Shown piece after piece: positions 23,629-37,900 of a stretch of DNA of 64,000 nt. The stretch comes from Dipteris shenzhenensis. Lineage: Eukaryota. The number at the start of each line of letters is the position of its first letter. Positions within the stretch are counted from its first letter, which is position 1. The stretch lies in assembly GCA_047967505.1 (NCBI GenBank), contig CM106538.1. One strand, 5' to 3'. A program made the position numbers and the translations under genes. Below the pieces are notes generated by a model. The model was not told where the DNA came from, did not search any database, and saw nothing but the letters and a program-made list of their open reading frames with translations.

Positions 23629-26600
23629 CGTTTTTTGGTTACTCTCCACTTCCCAGTACTCCCCAAGGAGTATCGAGCCATACTCCCCTCCATTGGTTAT
23701 GCATTTCGCACAGTGCTCGAGTCCCCGCCAGAGTTGACCGCCTCAGTTCTAGCAGACGATGGAGTCCCCAGGATTAGACTGGTGGTTGAGAGCCTAGAGT
23801 CCCTCCTAGAGTTGATCCTCCTCAAGACCCTTGAAGGGAGCACACTTCACCAAATGGTGGGGATTTCTGGGCTACCAGGCCAGTGTCTTCGGTGCAGACA
23901 GATGGGTCACCTTGCCAGAGATTGCCCCGGTGGCCTCCCCCCCTCCCCCGCAGAGTAGGCAGAGTCAGCAGGCCCGAGTCCACCAGCACCCTCTTAGCAG
24001 GAGCAGTAGGAGTCTCAGACCCCATGGGCTACCCCCTCAAAAGGGGATTGGACCCACGTTAAAAATAAAAAGAAACAAAGCAAGAAGGCCCACAAGCACC
24101 GTAGGCAGAAGGCCAATCATAGAGAGAGAGATAGGGTTGATTGAGAGGCCTCGAAGGAGGAACAACAGGAGCGCAAGGGCCACCGCCCATCCAGACGATC
24201 CTCTCGCTTCGGAGGTTTAGCCTCCGTACCCACCCTTGTAGCAGCAGTGAGCTTGGGAGATCTAGATGTGGCGATGGCGAAAGTCGCGTACGCTAGCCAG
24301 ACAGTGGTCGCAGAGGAGCAGATCCAGAGCCCCAGTGAGCCTAATCAGCAAAGGGGCCTGGGGTCATCCTTATTCCTCCTCGTCCCCCTCCCCCTCCCCC
24401 TCCCTCTTCCTTTCCCCCTCCCCCTCCCCCTCCTTTGTTCCCCTCACCCCCTCCCCCCCGGCTACAGTCACTCTCACCACTCGCCCCCTTCCTCCGCCCC
24501 TCGCGTCCCTACCCCCCTCCCGCGCCGCCCCCTTCTCCACCTTCACAACAGCAGGTTCTTCCGCCTCAACACCCTTGTCAACAGGCAAGGGAAAGATGAC
24601 GTCCCCTTTTGCTTCCTCATCGCAGCAGCCGGTTCGTTCAGGGAGGGATCCTGAGGGATGGGGCTCGCCCTCCTGGTCAATAGCTCCCAACCTCCAACTT
24701 GTGCGTCCCTTACTGCAGGACTTTTGGAGGTTAGGACCGTGGAACTATCTGGAGATTCCGGACTCTTATCCTCTACCATTGGAGGTAATGTTCATGGTCC
24801 TTCGACCTCGGAAGGGGGGCTTGATCTGTGCAATGGGATCTCAAACTCACCCCATTTGAAGATTCCAATTTGCCTCCACAGGGTTGGAGAAGTGGTCCCC
24901 CGAGGTGTTCGATGCTATTATGGGAGATCAAATTACACGCATGATGGACGAGAGGATGGGGCCATAGGGATTGGACCTTTGGTATGCCCATGGCACGGAG
25001 GTGAACTTTCAGTTGAGGTTGACGCGTGAGGAGCCTGTGTGGTGTTTGGTGACAAGAGTTATCAGATTGCCACTGGAGGCAAAGGTGGAGTAGGCATACT
25101 TCTGGCCCCTCTAGAAGTGTGCAGAGCTATTCGGGGTAGAAGCCTCCTTCATGATGAAGTGGGCATGGAAGATCGCTATTGAGCCGCCGGTATCCACCCT
25201 AGTACGCCATCGCACAGACACTAACTACTCGCCCTCCAAACAGCTGGCAAAGTCACACAAGGTTGTCTTTCTGGGACATGCACCCACTCATAGGAGAGCC
25301 TTGTTCCCCCCCGTCCTCATGAGTTGGACCATAGTGAGTTGGAACATACATGGGCTCCATGACCGTGTTCGTAGCCAACTGCAGTACCTGATAATCTGGC
25401 ATGAGTTGTAGAGGGCCATGGTAAGGCGAGCAGTGGACATCCTTATGATTCACGAGCACATATTTTCAGCCGCAGACATCAGACGAAGTCATCACCTTCT
25501 CCAGGGATGATTTTTTCAAGTTAGTTTTGTTAAGAAGCTAAACTTTTATATTGGAGTCAAAAGTTTGTATGCCCTAATGAAAATAAATGTTTAAAACATT
25601 CGCGGGGATTTGAAACTTTTATGCAAAAAAATGTAAAGTTTTGGCAAGATGTACATTTTTTCCTTGGGTGGAGATCAATCCAATGAAACCAAGGTCGCAT
25701 GGTTCCCCATGGCATTGAGCGTAGCACCTGGGAGTAGTTCATTTTCATGATCAGTGGCAGAGACCCATGGAGAGAGCCAGATTTTAGCAGGACACCTGGT
25801 AGCCTCCTCTTCTCGTTTGGACAGAGGAGACACGGTGGATTGCTAGAGAGACTAGACCGTTTCTATGTTGGGGACTGTGAGCACTCCATAGAGGTGGATC
25901 TACTGGGATTCTAGTAGGTACCACGATGTTAGACCACTCTCTAGTGGTACTTCCCTTGGATCATCCCCGCCAAGGTCTCCCCCAGAAGGGGGTCCACATT
26001 CCAGAGGACCTCTTACAGGATGAGGAGATCCAGTAGGTCATGGCAGGGATTTGGGAGCAGTCAGAGATGACATCGTGCGAGGGCTAGGCTAGGTGGGTGG
26101 CCAATGCGATTCAGAGGAGCAGTGAGGAGTTGTAGGCTCACACCCTTAGGCGGAGGAGGACCTTTTAGGAGCATGAGCGGGCTTTGAGGAGAGACCTCGC
26201 CCCCATCGAGAGGCTCAATGAGCAGGACCCAAGTTCTCAGTGGCTTAGCGACATATTTGAGAGTGCTAGTCTTGAGCTTCAGGACACGGAGTTGTGGCAG
26301 GCTTTCTCTTACCACTCCTACTGGGCCCAGTGGGTGCAGCAAGGGGATATGTGACGAAGCAGCTCTTTCAGACCAATGGGTCCCGATCGGTAGGCACACA
26401 GTTGTAGTGTCCTCGGGATTTGCAGGGCATCATGCACACTAACCCGCAGGAGATTTTAGACCTGACCATGGGTTTTTACAGCCATCTCTTTCAAACGGAG
26501 AGAATGACCCCAGCTAGTCTTGTGGCCCAAGATGTAGTCTGGGATCACATTCTGATACTAATCTTGCATGATTTATGCAGCACACTTGAGGAGCCTTTCA

Positions 26601-27585
26601 CAGATGAGGAGCTCTGGGAAGCCCTCAAGGCTCTCCCAACCCAGAAGTGCCCGGGTGAGGATGGCTTGAATCTGGCCTTCTTCTGAAACTTCTGGGAGAT
26701 TATCTCCACCCCTTTCTGTTTAGCTTGCCAGGAGATATTTGACTTAGGCTTTCTCCCTCATTCCTTGAGCAAGGGGTGGATTTGTTTGATCCCAAAAGGG
26801 CGAGATAGGTCAAACATCCAATAGTGGAGACCGATCACTCTGCTTGATACTGCATACAAGATCCTTGCCAAGGTCTTGAGTTTGCAGTTATGGCCACATC
26901 TTATTGACATCACTCATGACACACAGACTGGGTTTGTCCAGGAGCGCACAAGGAACTCCGGAGAGGCAATGACACAACCTATGCCATAAAAACTCAAATG
27001 GGCAAGTTTTGACCTTGCAAACATTGTGGGAAGACTAATCACCTCTCAAAAGATTGCTTCAAGATCAATCCTTGCAAATATTGTGGCAAAAACAATCACC
27101 ATGAGAAGTTTTGTAAGGACAAAAAGGAAGCAACTACAAAACCAGAAACTGCCAATTTACTTTCAGTTGATGTGCCTCCACAAGATGAGGCCTCCTATGA
27201 TGATTATGCTTTTTGAACCAGCTCCACATATGCTCCAGATCTCTCTTTTATGTTGAGTTAAGGTACTCTGCCTGGATAGTCCTCCAAAATGAATGGAATA
27301 AACTATTGTGTTCTTTGTAAACACCTCTGGTCACCATATGATCTAGGCCATGTGTATGTGTTTAGCTCCATGGTACCTCTTGCAAAATTGTGTGCATGTA
27401 CATGCAGGGGAGATAACCATTGGAGGGACTTATGTATCCCTTTGTTTACTTTACACCCTTGGGAACCCTTGCTAGCATGAGATCCTAGCCATAGATTTAT
27501 CCTTGACCACCATGAGATGGCATGAGAAACTATGAGACTAGATGTATCCTTGACATAGCCTGAGGCATTCCCTTGAGGGGGGGTT

Positions 27586-27854
27586 TGATGGGATATCTTA
27601 AGGTGTATGCCCCAGGCACACCTTAGGTTCTATGTGTGTGTGCTAGAGGCATTGTTATGTGCCCATAAGCACTGATAGGTGGTGGCAGATGCCACAAAGG
27701 ATGATTAAGAGATTCTAGGAGCTGATTGAGGAGATAACTGTGGAGCTTGGTGGCTCATATAGAGGTGCCTACATATGGACCTCACCCTTCTTCATTCTAA
27801 ATGCATTCTCTCATTTCGTGTTCAGCTTCATGGTTTCCTTTCACTTCTTCAACA
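27586..27854 (+). mobile_element. Third copy of the gag-only element LTR, created by the tandem duplication
   Basis: Same tgatgggatatc...ttcaaca sequence, preceded by the PPT and followed by the same LINE ORF1 flank. Confidence 0.9.
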
Positions 27855-29312
27855 CGCTTTTTGGTTACTCTCCACTTCCCAGTACTCCCCAAGGAGTATC
27901 GAGCCATCCTCCCCTCCATTGGTCGGGCATTTTGCACAGTACTCGAGTCCCCGCCAGAGTCGACCACCTCAGTTCTAGCAGTCGATGGAGTCCCCAGGAT
28001 CAGCAGACTGGTGATTGAGAGCCCAGAGTCCCTCCTAGAGTTGATCGTCCTCAAGACCTTGGAGGGGGCACACTTCGCCGGAGGGTGGAGATTTTTGGGC
28101 TACTAGGCCAGTGTCTTCGATGCACACAGATGGGTCACCTTGCCAGAGATTGCCCCGGTGGCCTCCCCCCTCCCCTGCAGAGTAGGCAGAGTCAGCAGAG
28201 CACCCTCTTAGCAGGAGCAGTAGGAGTGTCAGACCCCATGGGCTAACCCCTCAGAATGGAGTTGGACCCAGGTTAAAAAGAAAAAGAAACGAGGTAAGAA
28301 GGCCCACAAGCGCCGTAGGCAGAAGGCCAATTGTAGAGAGAGAGAGATAGGGTTGACTGAGAGGCCTCGAAGGAGGAACATCAGAGCCACCTCCCATCCA
28401 GATGATCCTCCCGCTTTGGAGGTTTAGCCTCCGTACCCACCCTTGTAGCAACAGTGAGCCTAGGAGATCCAGATGTGGCGATGGCAAAAGCCACGTACGC
28501 TAGCCCGACAGTGGTGCAGAGGAGTAGATCTAGAGCCCCAGTGAGCTTGATCAATAAGGGGGCTTGTGGTCATCCTTATTCCTCCTTGTCCCCCTCCCCC
28601 TCCCCCTCTTCCTTTCCCCCTCCCCCTCCCCCTCCTTTGTTCCCCTTGCCCCCTCCCCCCCTGCTATGGTCACTCTCACCACCCGCCCCCCTTCTGCCCC
28701 TGTGTCCCTACCCCCCTCCCTTGCCGCCCCCCTCTCCACCTTCACAGCAGCAGGTTCTTTCGCCTCAACACCCCTGCTAGCAGGCAAGGGAAAGATGACG
28801 TCCCCTTTTGCTTCCTCATTGCAGCAGCCGGTTCGTTCAGGGAGGGATCCTGAGGGATGGGGCTCGTCCTTCCAGTCAATAGCTCCCAACCTCTAACTTG
28901 TGCGTCCCTTACTGCGGGACTTTTGGAGGTTAGGACCGTGGAACTATCTGGAGATTCCGGACTCTTATCCTCTACCTTTGGAGGTAATGTTCATGGTCCT
29001 TCAACCCTGGAAGGGGGGTTTGATCCGTGCAGTGGGATCTCAAACTCACCTCGTTTGAAGATTCTAGTTTGCCTCCACAGGGTTGGAGAAGTGGTCCCTC
29101 GAGGGGTTCGATGCTATTATGGGAGATCAGATTACACGCATGATGGATGAGTGGATGGGGCCACAAGGATTGGACCTTTGGTACACCCATGGCACGGAGG
29201 TGAACTTTCAGTTGAGCTTGACGCACGAGGAGCCTGTGTGTGGTTTGGTGACAAGAGTTATCAGATTGCCACTGGAGGCAAAGGTGGGATAGGCATACTT
29301 CTGGCCCCTCTA

Positions 29313-32300
29313 TGTTGAGATATCGAGCTCCACTCGTGATATGCCAGGGTGACCGTTGTGCATTTATGTCACCGACTTGTTAACTGCAGATGCGGTTGGT
29401 ACACTGCCCATGAATAATAGCTGGATGACAGCTATCCTTATCTACTCGAGTTCGTGGCTCAGTTAGTATGCCACCTTAGTTAGTTGAATTTCGTTTGAGA
29501 CCCACATATAGGGTTCTTCTATTTCCTTGTACTAGAGTTCTTTTGGCTTACACAACTAAGAAGAGAAAAACTGTTTTCAACCTCCACCTTTGTGTGTATT
29601 CCCCCATTGTGTATGTGAGAAAGCCGCAAGTGAGACTCCTTCCCTCTCTCCCACTATCTTCACATGGTATCAGAGCCTGGTTCATGGTAAGGAGCTCAAG
29701 AAAGCAAACCAAGTTCGCGGTGTCCTAGTAAGAGGACTAGTGTTGCTTTCCTTTTTCGAGTTTGGGAGCAAATCTCTGTAGGTAGCACAGCCAAAAGTGC
29801 AAGAGTGCACTGTCTCAGATTGAGACGCCCTTCGCAGTGTGGCAAGAGGGCAGTATATACTGTGGGAAGGGGCAAAGCCCACGGTTCGTTTATTTTTTTG
29901 ATTCGAGGCCATTTCGGGGCCCGTTTTGCAGGTGGAAGTTCTTCGCAGGCACTCAGAAAAAGGCTCGGTTTTTGTTGTGCGACCACTGCTCTACAGGTCG
30001 ATGAAAAGTTGCCGTAGAAATTACATCGTATGCCTATGCATAGAGATGCTGCGAGTTATAGAATCATCCTTATTGCCTGTTGATGCAAAATCGTCACTAG
30101 GAAGTGACTGTGTGGTCAAATACCAATTTTGTCAATTTTGCAGATTTGCCCGTGTGAGGCAGAAGCTGTGTTTTTTGCAGTGACAAAATTTTTTACAGTG
30201 TTCTACAATGGCGTCTGATTCTCTTTCACAGATTGTCACTGAAAAGCTTGACAAGAACAACTTCCAAGCATGGAAGTTTAGAATGATGAATTTCCTTATG
30301 GAAAAAGGCTATTGGGAGTTCATTACAGGAAATGAAGAAGAACCAATTCTTCCTAATGTTCCCAATCAACAAGAAATGCAGGCATTTAAAGGATGGCATG
30401 AGAGAGCCAGAAAAGTTATGTACTGGCTTTCTATCAGTATTTCGGATTCTATGACTATGCATATTCAGGATGCAAGTACGCCAAAGGAGGCATGGATACT
30501 TTGGCAAAAATGTACAGCACAAATACGCAAGCTAGGAAAATGCAGCTCAAGCAAGAGTTGCAGAATAAGCAGAGAGAAAATATGAGCATCAATGACTACC
30601 ACATGAAGGTGAAGAAAATTGCAGATGCACTTGCTTCCATTGGGTCACCAGTGGAAGATGATGATCTAGTTTCTGTGACCTTGAATGGTCTAGGAAAGAA
30701 TTATGCACAGTTCTGGACATCCATTGCCATCTGTGAGAAATTTCCTGATTTTGAGGAATTGTTTGCTCTTCTAATTTCTGAACAGCAGAGAAATGGGGGT
30801 GCATCTTCTTCAGGAGGAACCTCAAAAGAAACTGTCTTCTACTCAAATGCTGGAAGAGGTAGAGGCAGAGGGAGGAACCTCAAAAGAAACTGTCTTCTAC
30901 TCAAATGCTGGAAGAGGTAGAGGCAGAGGTAGAGGAGGCCGATCTGGAGGCCATGGTAGAAATCAAAATATGCAACAAACTCAAGAAAACTAGTCTGATG
31001 GAGGAGGACGTGGTAACTCTAGAGGCAGGGGGAGCCAAAGAGGCCGTGGTGGATGGCAGAGAGGCCAAAATGCGAACAGCAATGTTGAATGCTACTACTG
31101 TGGTAAAATGGGTCATATGGCTAAAGACTGCTACAAAAAGCAGAATGACATTATGAATGGAAAATTGTAGCAAGGCAATTATGCATCTTCTAGTAGACAG
31201 GGTGATGACAGAAATGAGCATCTATTTATGGTGCAACGCATGACCAATTCTGTGACGAGTGCATAAGAAAGAAATGATGTGTGGTATGTTGACTCCGGTG
31301 CATCAAACCACATGACAGGTCATGCAGAATGGATGCAAGATGCAAGGAAAATGGAAAAACCAGGATTTGTGGAGACTGGTGATGAGACTGCACATCCTAT
31401 TGTGCAGATTGGTAAAATTCCTTTGTCTATGCAGGATGGGAAAAAGAAATACCTGTCTGATGTATTTCATGTCCTGAACATCACCAAGAACCTGGTTTCT
31501 ATTGGTCAAATGGTTGAGCAGGGCTTGCACATCAGATTTAATCCTCATGGATGCTTTGTTGAGGATATGAAAAATAATGGTCGCCTGATAGCAAAAGGAA
31601 AGAAGAAGGGCAGGATGTTTACGTTGGATGCGGACATGCCTGAATTGAGTGTAGTAATGTTTGCACATGGGACCGGTGTTGTTGCAGATATTGATATCTG
31701 GCATAAACGCATTGGTCATGTTAATGTACAGCGACTTAAATCAATGTAGGCCCAAAATATTGTTGCAGGATTGCCTAAATTCAAGGTTGCAGAAATGCAT
31801 AAGGTTTGTGAAGCCTGTCAATTTGGAAAACAGGTAAGGAAACCATTTCCTAGGCATTTTTAAGAGAGGAAGAAGCCATTGAAATTAATCCACTCTGATG
31901 TGTGGACTACTAAAGCTGCATCTATTGGAGCTGTCATTACTTTGTCACTTTTATTGATGACTACAGCAGAAAAGTTTGGGTGCATTTTATGAAAAAGAAA
32001 AGTGAAGTGTTTGGGCATTTCAAAGCTTTTAAAGCTATGGCTGAAAAAGAAACAGGCCTGCAAATAAAATGCCTAAGGTCAGATGGAGGGGGAGAGTACC
32101 TCTCAAATGAGTTTGCAAGGCTCTTGTAGGAGCATGGCATAAAGCAACAATATTCATGCAGTCATACTCCACAGCAAAATGGACTTGCAGAAAGGAAAAA
32201 CAGGCATATTGGAGAGGTATCTCAGGGCATGCTAAATGAAAAATACCTACCAGATTATTATTGAGCTGAAGCAGTTGCTGCAGTAGTTTACATAATGAAC

Positions 32301-34940
32301 AGGACTCCCACTGCAACAATACATGGCATGACGCTAGAGGAGATGTATACTGGTAGGAAACTAGATATTTCTCATTTGAAAATTTTTTGTTGCATTGCCT
32401 ATGTTCATGTGCCAAATGAGTTGAGGTCCAAGTTGGATCCAAAAGCTGAGAAGTGCGTCTTTATTGGTTATTCTTTGCAGCAGAAAGGGTATCGATGCTA
32501 TAACCCTTCTACTTGTAAGTTTATAGTGAGTAGAGATGTTGTCTTTGATGAGATGAGCAGCTGGTATAGACCAGTAAATGTGATTGATGATATAGATGCA
32601 CAAAATGGTAATGCTGCACAAAATTCATAGCAACAATCACAAAATATTAGTGGACCTACAGTGTCCTCTGGCAGTGGTTCTCATACTTTACCATGGACAG
32701 GTAGATTGAGATTAGGAGAATCTCGTCAAAGCAATGCAGATAATGGTACGCAGGTATCACGAAAAGGAAAAGAGAAGGTAGATCAGCCCATGTTTAATGT
32801 GAATGCAGGTCACTCTTACGTGGATGGTGAATCCAGTGGCTCAGAAGAGAGCATTGATGATGAGTTGGGTATTCCTTCTATTGTTACACCTAGAGTAAGG
32901 AAGACCAGGGATGTTTTGAGAGCACCTAGAAGTGAGCCTATTTTGCACAGGTCCACCAGAGCTAGGTATCCTATAGATAGGCTGAAATATGATGGATTTA
33001 CAGCCATTCACTATGCCTATATGATCAAAGTGATACAGGAACCAGAACCCATTTCTTTTGAGCAAGCCATGGGAAATGAAAAATGGGAGAAAGCCATGGA
33101 TGAAGAAATGGATGCCTTGGAAGCAAATGCTACATGGGAATTGGTGCCTTTGCCTAAAGACAAGAATGCAATTGGATGTAAGTGGGTTTATAAGATCAAG
33201 CACAATGCAGATGGTTCTGTGAACAGATACAAGGCAAGATTAGTTGTCAAGGGGTATGCATAGACATATGGCATTGATTATGAAGAAACATTCAGTCCGG
33301 TTGCAAGGATGGCAACTGTAAGAGCAGTCATTGCTATGGCTACATCAAAGGGATGGTCTTTACATCAGATGGATGTAAAGAATGCCTTCTTGCATGGTGA
33401 TTTGCAATAAGAGGTCTTTATGGAGCAGCCAGCAGGTTATGTTCATGCTATTCATCCTAAGTTTGTTTGTAGGTTGAAGAAAGCCTTGTATGGCTTGAAG
33501 CAAGCACCTAGAGCATGGTCTGACAAGATAGGACAGTATCTTGTCACTATTGACTTTTAGATTTCCAAGGCAGATTTCTCACTCTATGTGAGAAAAACAG
33601 AGAAAGGTATTATGCTGCTTGTCATTTATGTTGATGATTTAATCATCATAGGTGATAGTGATGAAGATATCCTTCATGTGAAAATGCTATTGAAGCAGAA
33701 GTTTGAGATGAAGGATTTGGGAGAGCTGCGTTATTTCTTGGGCATTGAGGTGATTAGATCATCAAGTGGGATACAGCTCTTGCAGAGGCAGTATGGATTG
33801 GACATGCTGTCCAAATATGGGATGACAGGCTGTAAGCCTATTTCAGTTCCTTGGGAGTAGAATGTGAAGCTGAGCGCAGATGCAAGTTAGCTTCTAGAAG
33901 ACCCTACTATGTACAGACACATAGTAGGAAGTTTGATTTATATGACTATTACCAGGCCAAATTTGAGCTATGCTATTGGATTGGTAAGTTAGTTTATGCA
34001 AGCTCCAAGGAAACTGCATTTGGATGCGGCTAGATGCATACTCAGGTATGTGAAGTCCACATTGTAGTATGGACTATTTTATGAGGCTGGGGTTCAGATA
34101 CAGTTGCATGGATACACTGATGCTGATTGGGCTGGTAGTATTTCTGATAGGCAATCTACCAGTGGATATGTGTTCTCTTTTGGGAGTACTGCAGTCACCT
34201 GGAGCAGCAAGAAACAGCCTACAGTTGCCTTGTCGAGCACAGAGGCTGAGTACAGGGGTGCAGCAATGGCTGCATGTGAGGTAGCTTGGTTGCATAAGCT
34301 ACTTTATGATATGCATCAGTCTATAGATGGGTCAGTTGTCATTTATTGTGATAACTTGAGCAGTATACACTTGGCAAATAACCTAGTCTATCATGCTAGT
34401 ACAAAGCACATTGAGGTGCATTATCACTATGTGCGGGAGAAGGTTTTACTAGGTCTCATTGATCTAGTTTATGTCAGCACAGAGGATCAGGTAGCTGACA
34501 TATTCACGAAGGCATTGGGCATAGAGAAGCTACGCTAGTTCAGATACTTGCTTGGTGTGCAAGAATTGGGATTGAGCTCGAGGGTAAGTGTTGAGATATC
34601 GAGCTCCACTCGCGATATGCCAGGGTGACTGTTGTGCATTTATGTCACCGACTTGTTAGCTGCAGATGCAGTTGGTACACCACCCATGAATAATAGCTGG
34701 ATGATAGCTATCCTTATCTACTCTAGTTCATGGCTCAGTTAGTATGCCACCTTAGTTAGTTGAATTTGGTTTGAGACCCACATATAGGGTTCTTCTATTT
34801 CCTTGTACTAGAGTTCTTTTGGCTTACACAACTAAGAAGAGAAAAACTGTTTTCAACCTCCACCTTTGTGTGTATTCCCCTATTGTGTATGTGAGAAAGC
34901 CGCAAGTGAGACTCCTTTCCTCTCTCCCACTATCTTCACA
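29313..34940 (+). mobile_element. Full-length Ty1/Copia retrotransposon (gag-PR-IN-RT-RH), inactivated by stops and frameshifts
   Basis: 352-bp LTRs 29313-29664 and 34589-34940 (~12 differences by eye); PBS at 29665; [48 protein letters not shown] tcta. Confidence 0.97.
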
Positions 34941-37900
34941 TCTAGAAGTGTGCAGAGCTGTTCGGGTTGGATGCCTCCTTCATGATGAAGTGGGCATGGA
35001 AGATCGGTATTGAGCCGGTATCCACCCTAGTACACCACCGCACAGACACTAACTACTCGCCCTCCAAACCGTGACAAAGTCACACAAGGTTGTCTTTCTG
35101 GGACAGGCACCCACTCTTAGGAGAGCCTTGTTCCCCGCCGTCCTCATGAGCTGGACCATAGTGAGTTGGAACGTACATGGGCTCCATGACCGTGTTCGTA
35201 GCCAACCGTAGTACCTGATACTCTGGCATGAGTTGCAGAGGGAAATGGTAAGGCGAGCAGTGGACATCCTTATGATTTAGGAGCACATATTTTCAGCCGC
35301 AAACATCAGACGAAGTCATCACCTTCTCCAGGGATGATTTTTTCAAGTTAGTTTTGTTAAGAAGCTAAACTTTTATATTGGTGTCAAAAGTTTGTATGCC
35401 CTAATAAAAATAAATGTTTGAAACATTCGCGGGGATTTGAAACTTTTATGCAAAAAGATGTAAAGTTTTGCCAAGATGTACATTTTTTCCTTGGGTGGAG
35501 ATCAATCCAATGAAACCAAGGTTGCATGGTTCCCCATGGCATTGAGCGTAGCACCTGGGAGCAGTGAGCGTAGCACCTGGGAGCGTACCACTGATCATTT
35601 TCATGATCAGTGGTAGAGACCCGTGGAGAGAGCTAGATTTTAGCAGGACACCTGGTAGCTTCCTCTTCTCGTTTGGACAGAGGAGACACAGTGGATTGCT
35701 AGAAAGACTAGACCGTTTCTATGTTGGGGACTGGGCACTCCACAGAGGCAGATCTACTAGGATTCTAGCAGGTACCACGATGTTAGACCACTCTCCAGTG
35801 GTACTTCACTTGGATCATCCCCGTCGAGGTCTCCCCCAGAAGGGAGTCAACATTCCAAAGGACCTCTTATAGGACAAGAAGATCTAGCAGGTCATGGAAG
35901 GGATTTGGGAGCAGTCAGCAATGACATCATGCGAGGGTTGGGGGCTACGTGGGTGGCCGATGCGATTTAGAGGAGCAATGAGGAGTTGTAGGCTCACACC
36001 CTTAGGCAGAGGAGGACCCTTCAAAAGCATGAGCAGGCTTTGAGGAGAGACCTCACCCCCATCGAGAGGCTCAAGGAGAAGGACCCAGGTTCTCACTGGC
36101 TTAGCGATAGATTTGAGAGCACTAGTCTTGAGCTTTAGGACACGGAGTTGTGGCAAGCTGAGTTCTCTTACCACTCTTACTGGGCCCGGTGGGTGTAGCA
36201 GGGGGACATGATGATGAAGCAGTTCTTTCAGACCAATGGGTCCCGATCGGTAGGCACACAGCTGTAGTGTCCCCGGGATTCGCAGGGCATCATGCACACT
36301 AACCTGCAAGAGATTCTAAACCTAACCACGAGTTTTTACAGCCATCTCTTTCAGACAGAGAGGATGACCCCAGCTAGTTTATGGCCCAAGATGTAGTCTG
36401 GGATCACATTCCAATAGTAGTCTTGCAGGATTTATGTAGCACACTTGAGGAGCCTTTCACAGATGAGGAGCTCTGGGAAGCCCTCAAGGCTCTCCCAACC
36501 CAGAAGTGCCCGGGTGAGGATGGCTTGACTCTGGCCTTCTTCCAAAACTTCTGGGAGATTATCTCCACCCCTTTCTGTTTAGCTTGCTAGGAGATATTTG
36601 ACTTAGGCTTTCTCCCTCAGTCCTTGAGCAAGGGGTGGATTTGTTTGATCCCAAAAGGGGGAGATAGGTCAGACATCTGACAGTGGAGACCGATCACTCT
36701 ACTTGATATTGCATACAAGATCCTTGCGAAGGTCTTGAGTTTGTAGTTACGGCCACATCTTATTGACATCACTCATGACACACAGACTGGGTTCATCCAG
36801 GAGCGCACCATCTTGGACAACATCTCTTGGACTTTGAGAAGGCCTACAACAGGGTGGAGTGGTCCTTCCTAGAGGACACTATGTGGAGATTGGGTTTCTC
36901 AAATAGCTGGGTTAGAGGAGTTTCAGCACTATATGCAGGGAGCTCTAGTCAAATACTTATCAGAGGACACATGGGCGAGGCGTTTCCTATCTCTTGCTCG
37001 GTTTGCCAGGGCTGCCCACTCACTCCCTTCCTCTTTTTGTTTGTGGCATAGGCTTTGGGATACCACTTCAGATCACAGGTGGTGAGTCTCACACGGGAGG
37101 CTCCCAAGCAGACATGAGGAGGAGCTACTTGTTTCGGAGTTTGCAAATGACACGGCCTTGTATGTTGAGGGCACCAGAGCGAGTCTGGAGATAGTCAAGG
37201 GTGCCCTGGCTATCTATTGTGAGGCCTTGGGTGCACGGATGAACTGCACAAAATCCATAGGTTTCTTCACAGGCTTTGAGGAGACACAGGAGATCCATGA
37301 GTGGGGGAGGGACTTTGGCTTTAGATGGATACCGCAGGGCCAGACAGCAAGATACCTCAGATGCCAGGTTAGTATTGACATTATAGTAGAGCAACAGATT
37401 GCCTTGGTCCTTGAGAGTGTTCGGCGCAAGCTTCTCTACTAGAGCTCGGCCAAACTCTTCGTAGCACATCATGCCTTAGTGGCAAACCAGGTCCTTCTTG
37501 CCACGGCCTGGTATATCGACTCCTACTAGTGCTTTTACAAAGGATGCATTGGGCAGCTCCGACATTTGGTATGGAAAGGTAGGTTCAGACGGCATGAGGA
37601 ACACTAGAGCCCAAGTAGCTTGGCAGACGGTGATCATACCATAGGCATTGGGAGGCTTGGGTATCATTGATTCGGAGATGTAGAGCAGAGCCCTTCTGGG
37701 CAAGTTGGTGTTTCGTGGCCTCACCCTAGGTGCAGAGCCTTGGAAGCTCCTCTTGCAGGGAGGGATTCTAAGGAACACCCCACACACTCCGGGATAGTAG
37801 TAGCCTTCACATAGATGGATCTTCTCAGAGGCCCCCCTTATGGGGGAGGGTTCCCCTTGATGAGGAGCCTTCACAGGGTTTGACAGAGAGTGGCAAGGGG

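Larger units (their letters stand above)
22707..36808 (+). repeat. ~4.2-kb tandem duplication (copy 1 22707-26949; copy 2 26946-36808, interrupted by a Copia)
   Basis: At 26946-26949 the LINE RT (..ggagcGCAC) jumps back into gag (GCACaaggaactcc); 4-bp microhomology; colinear identity afterwards. Confidence 0.93.
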
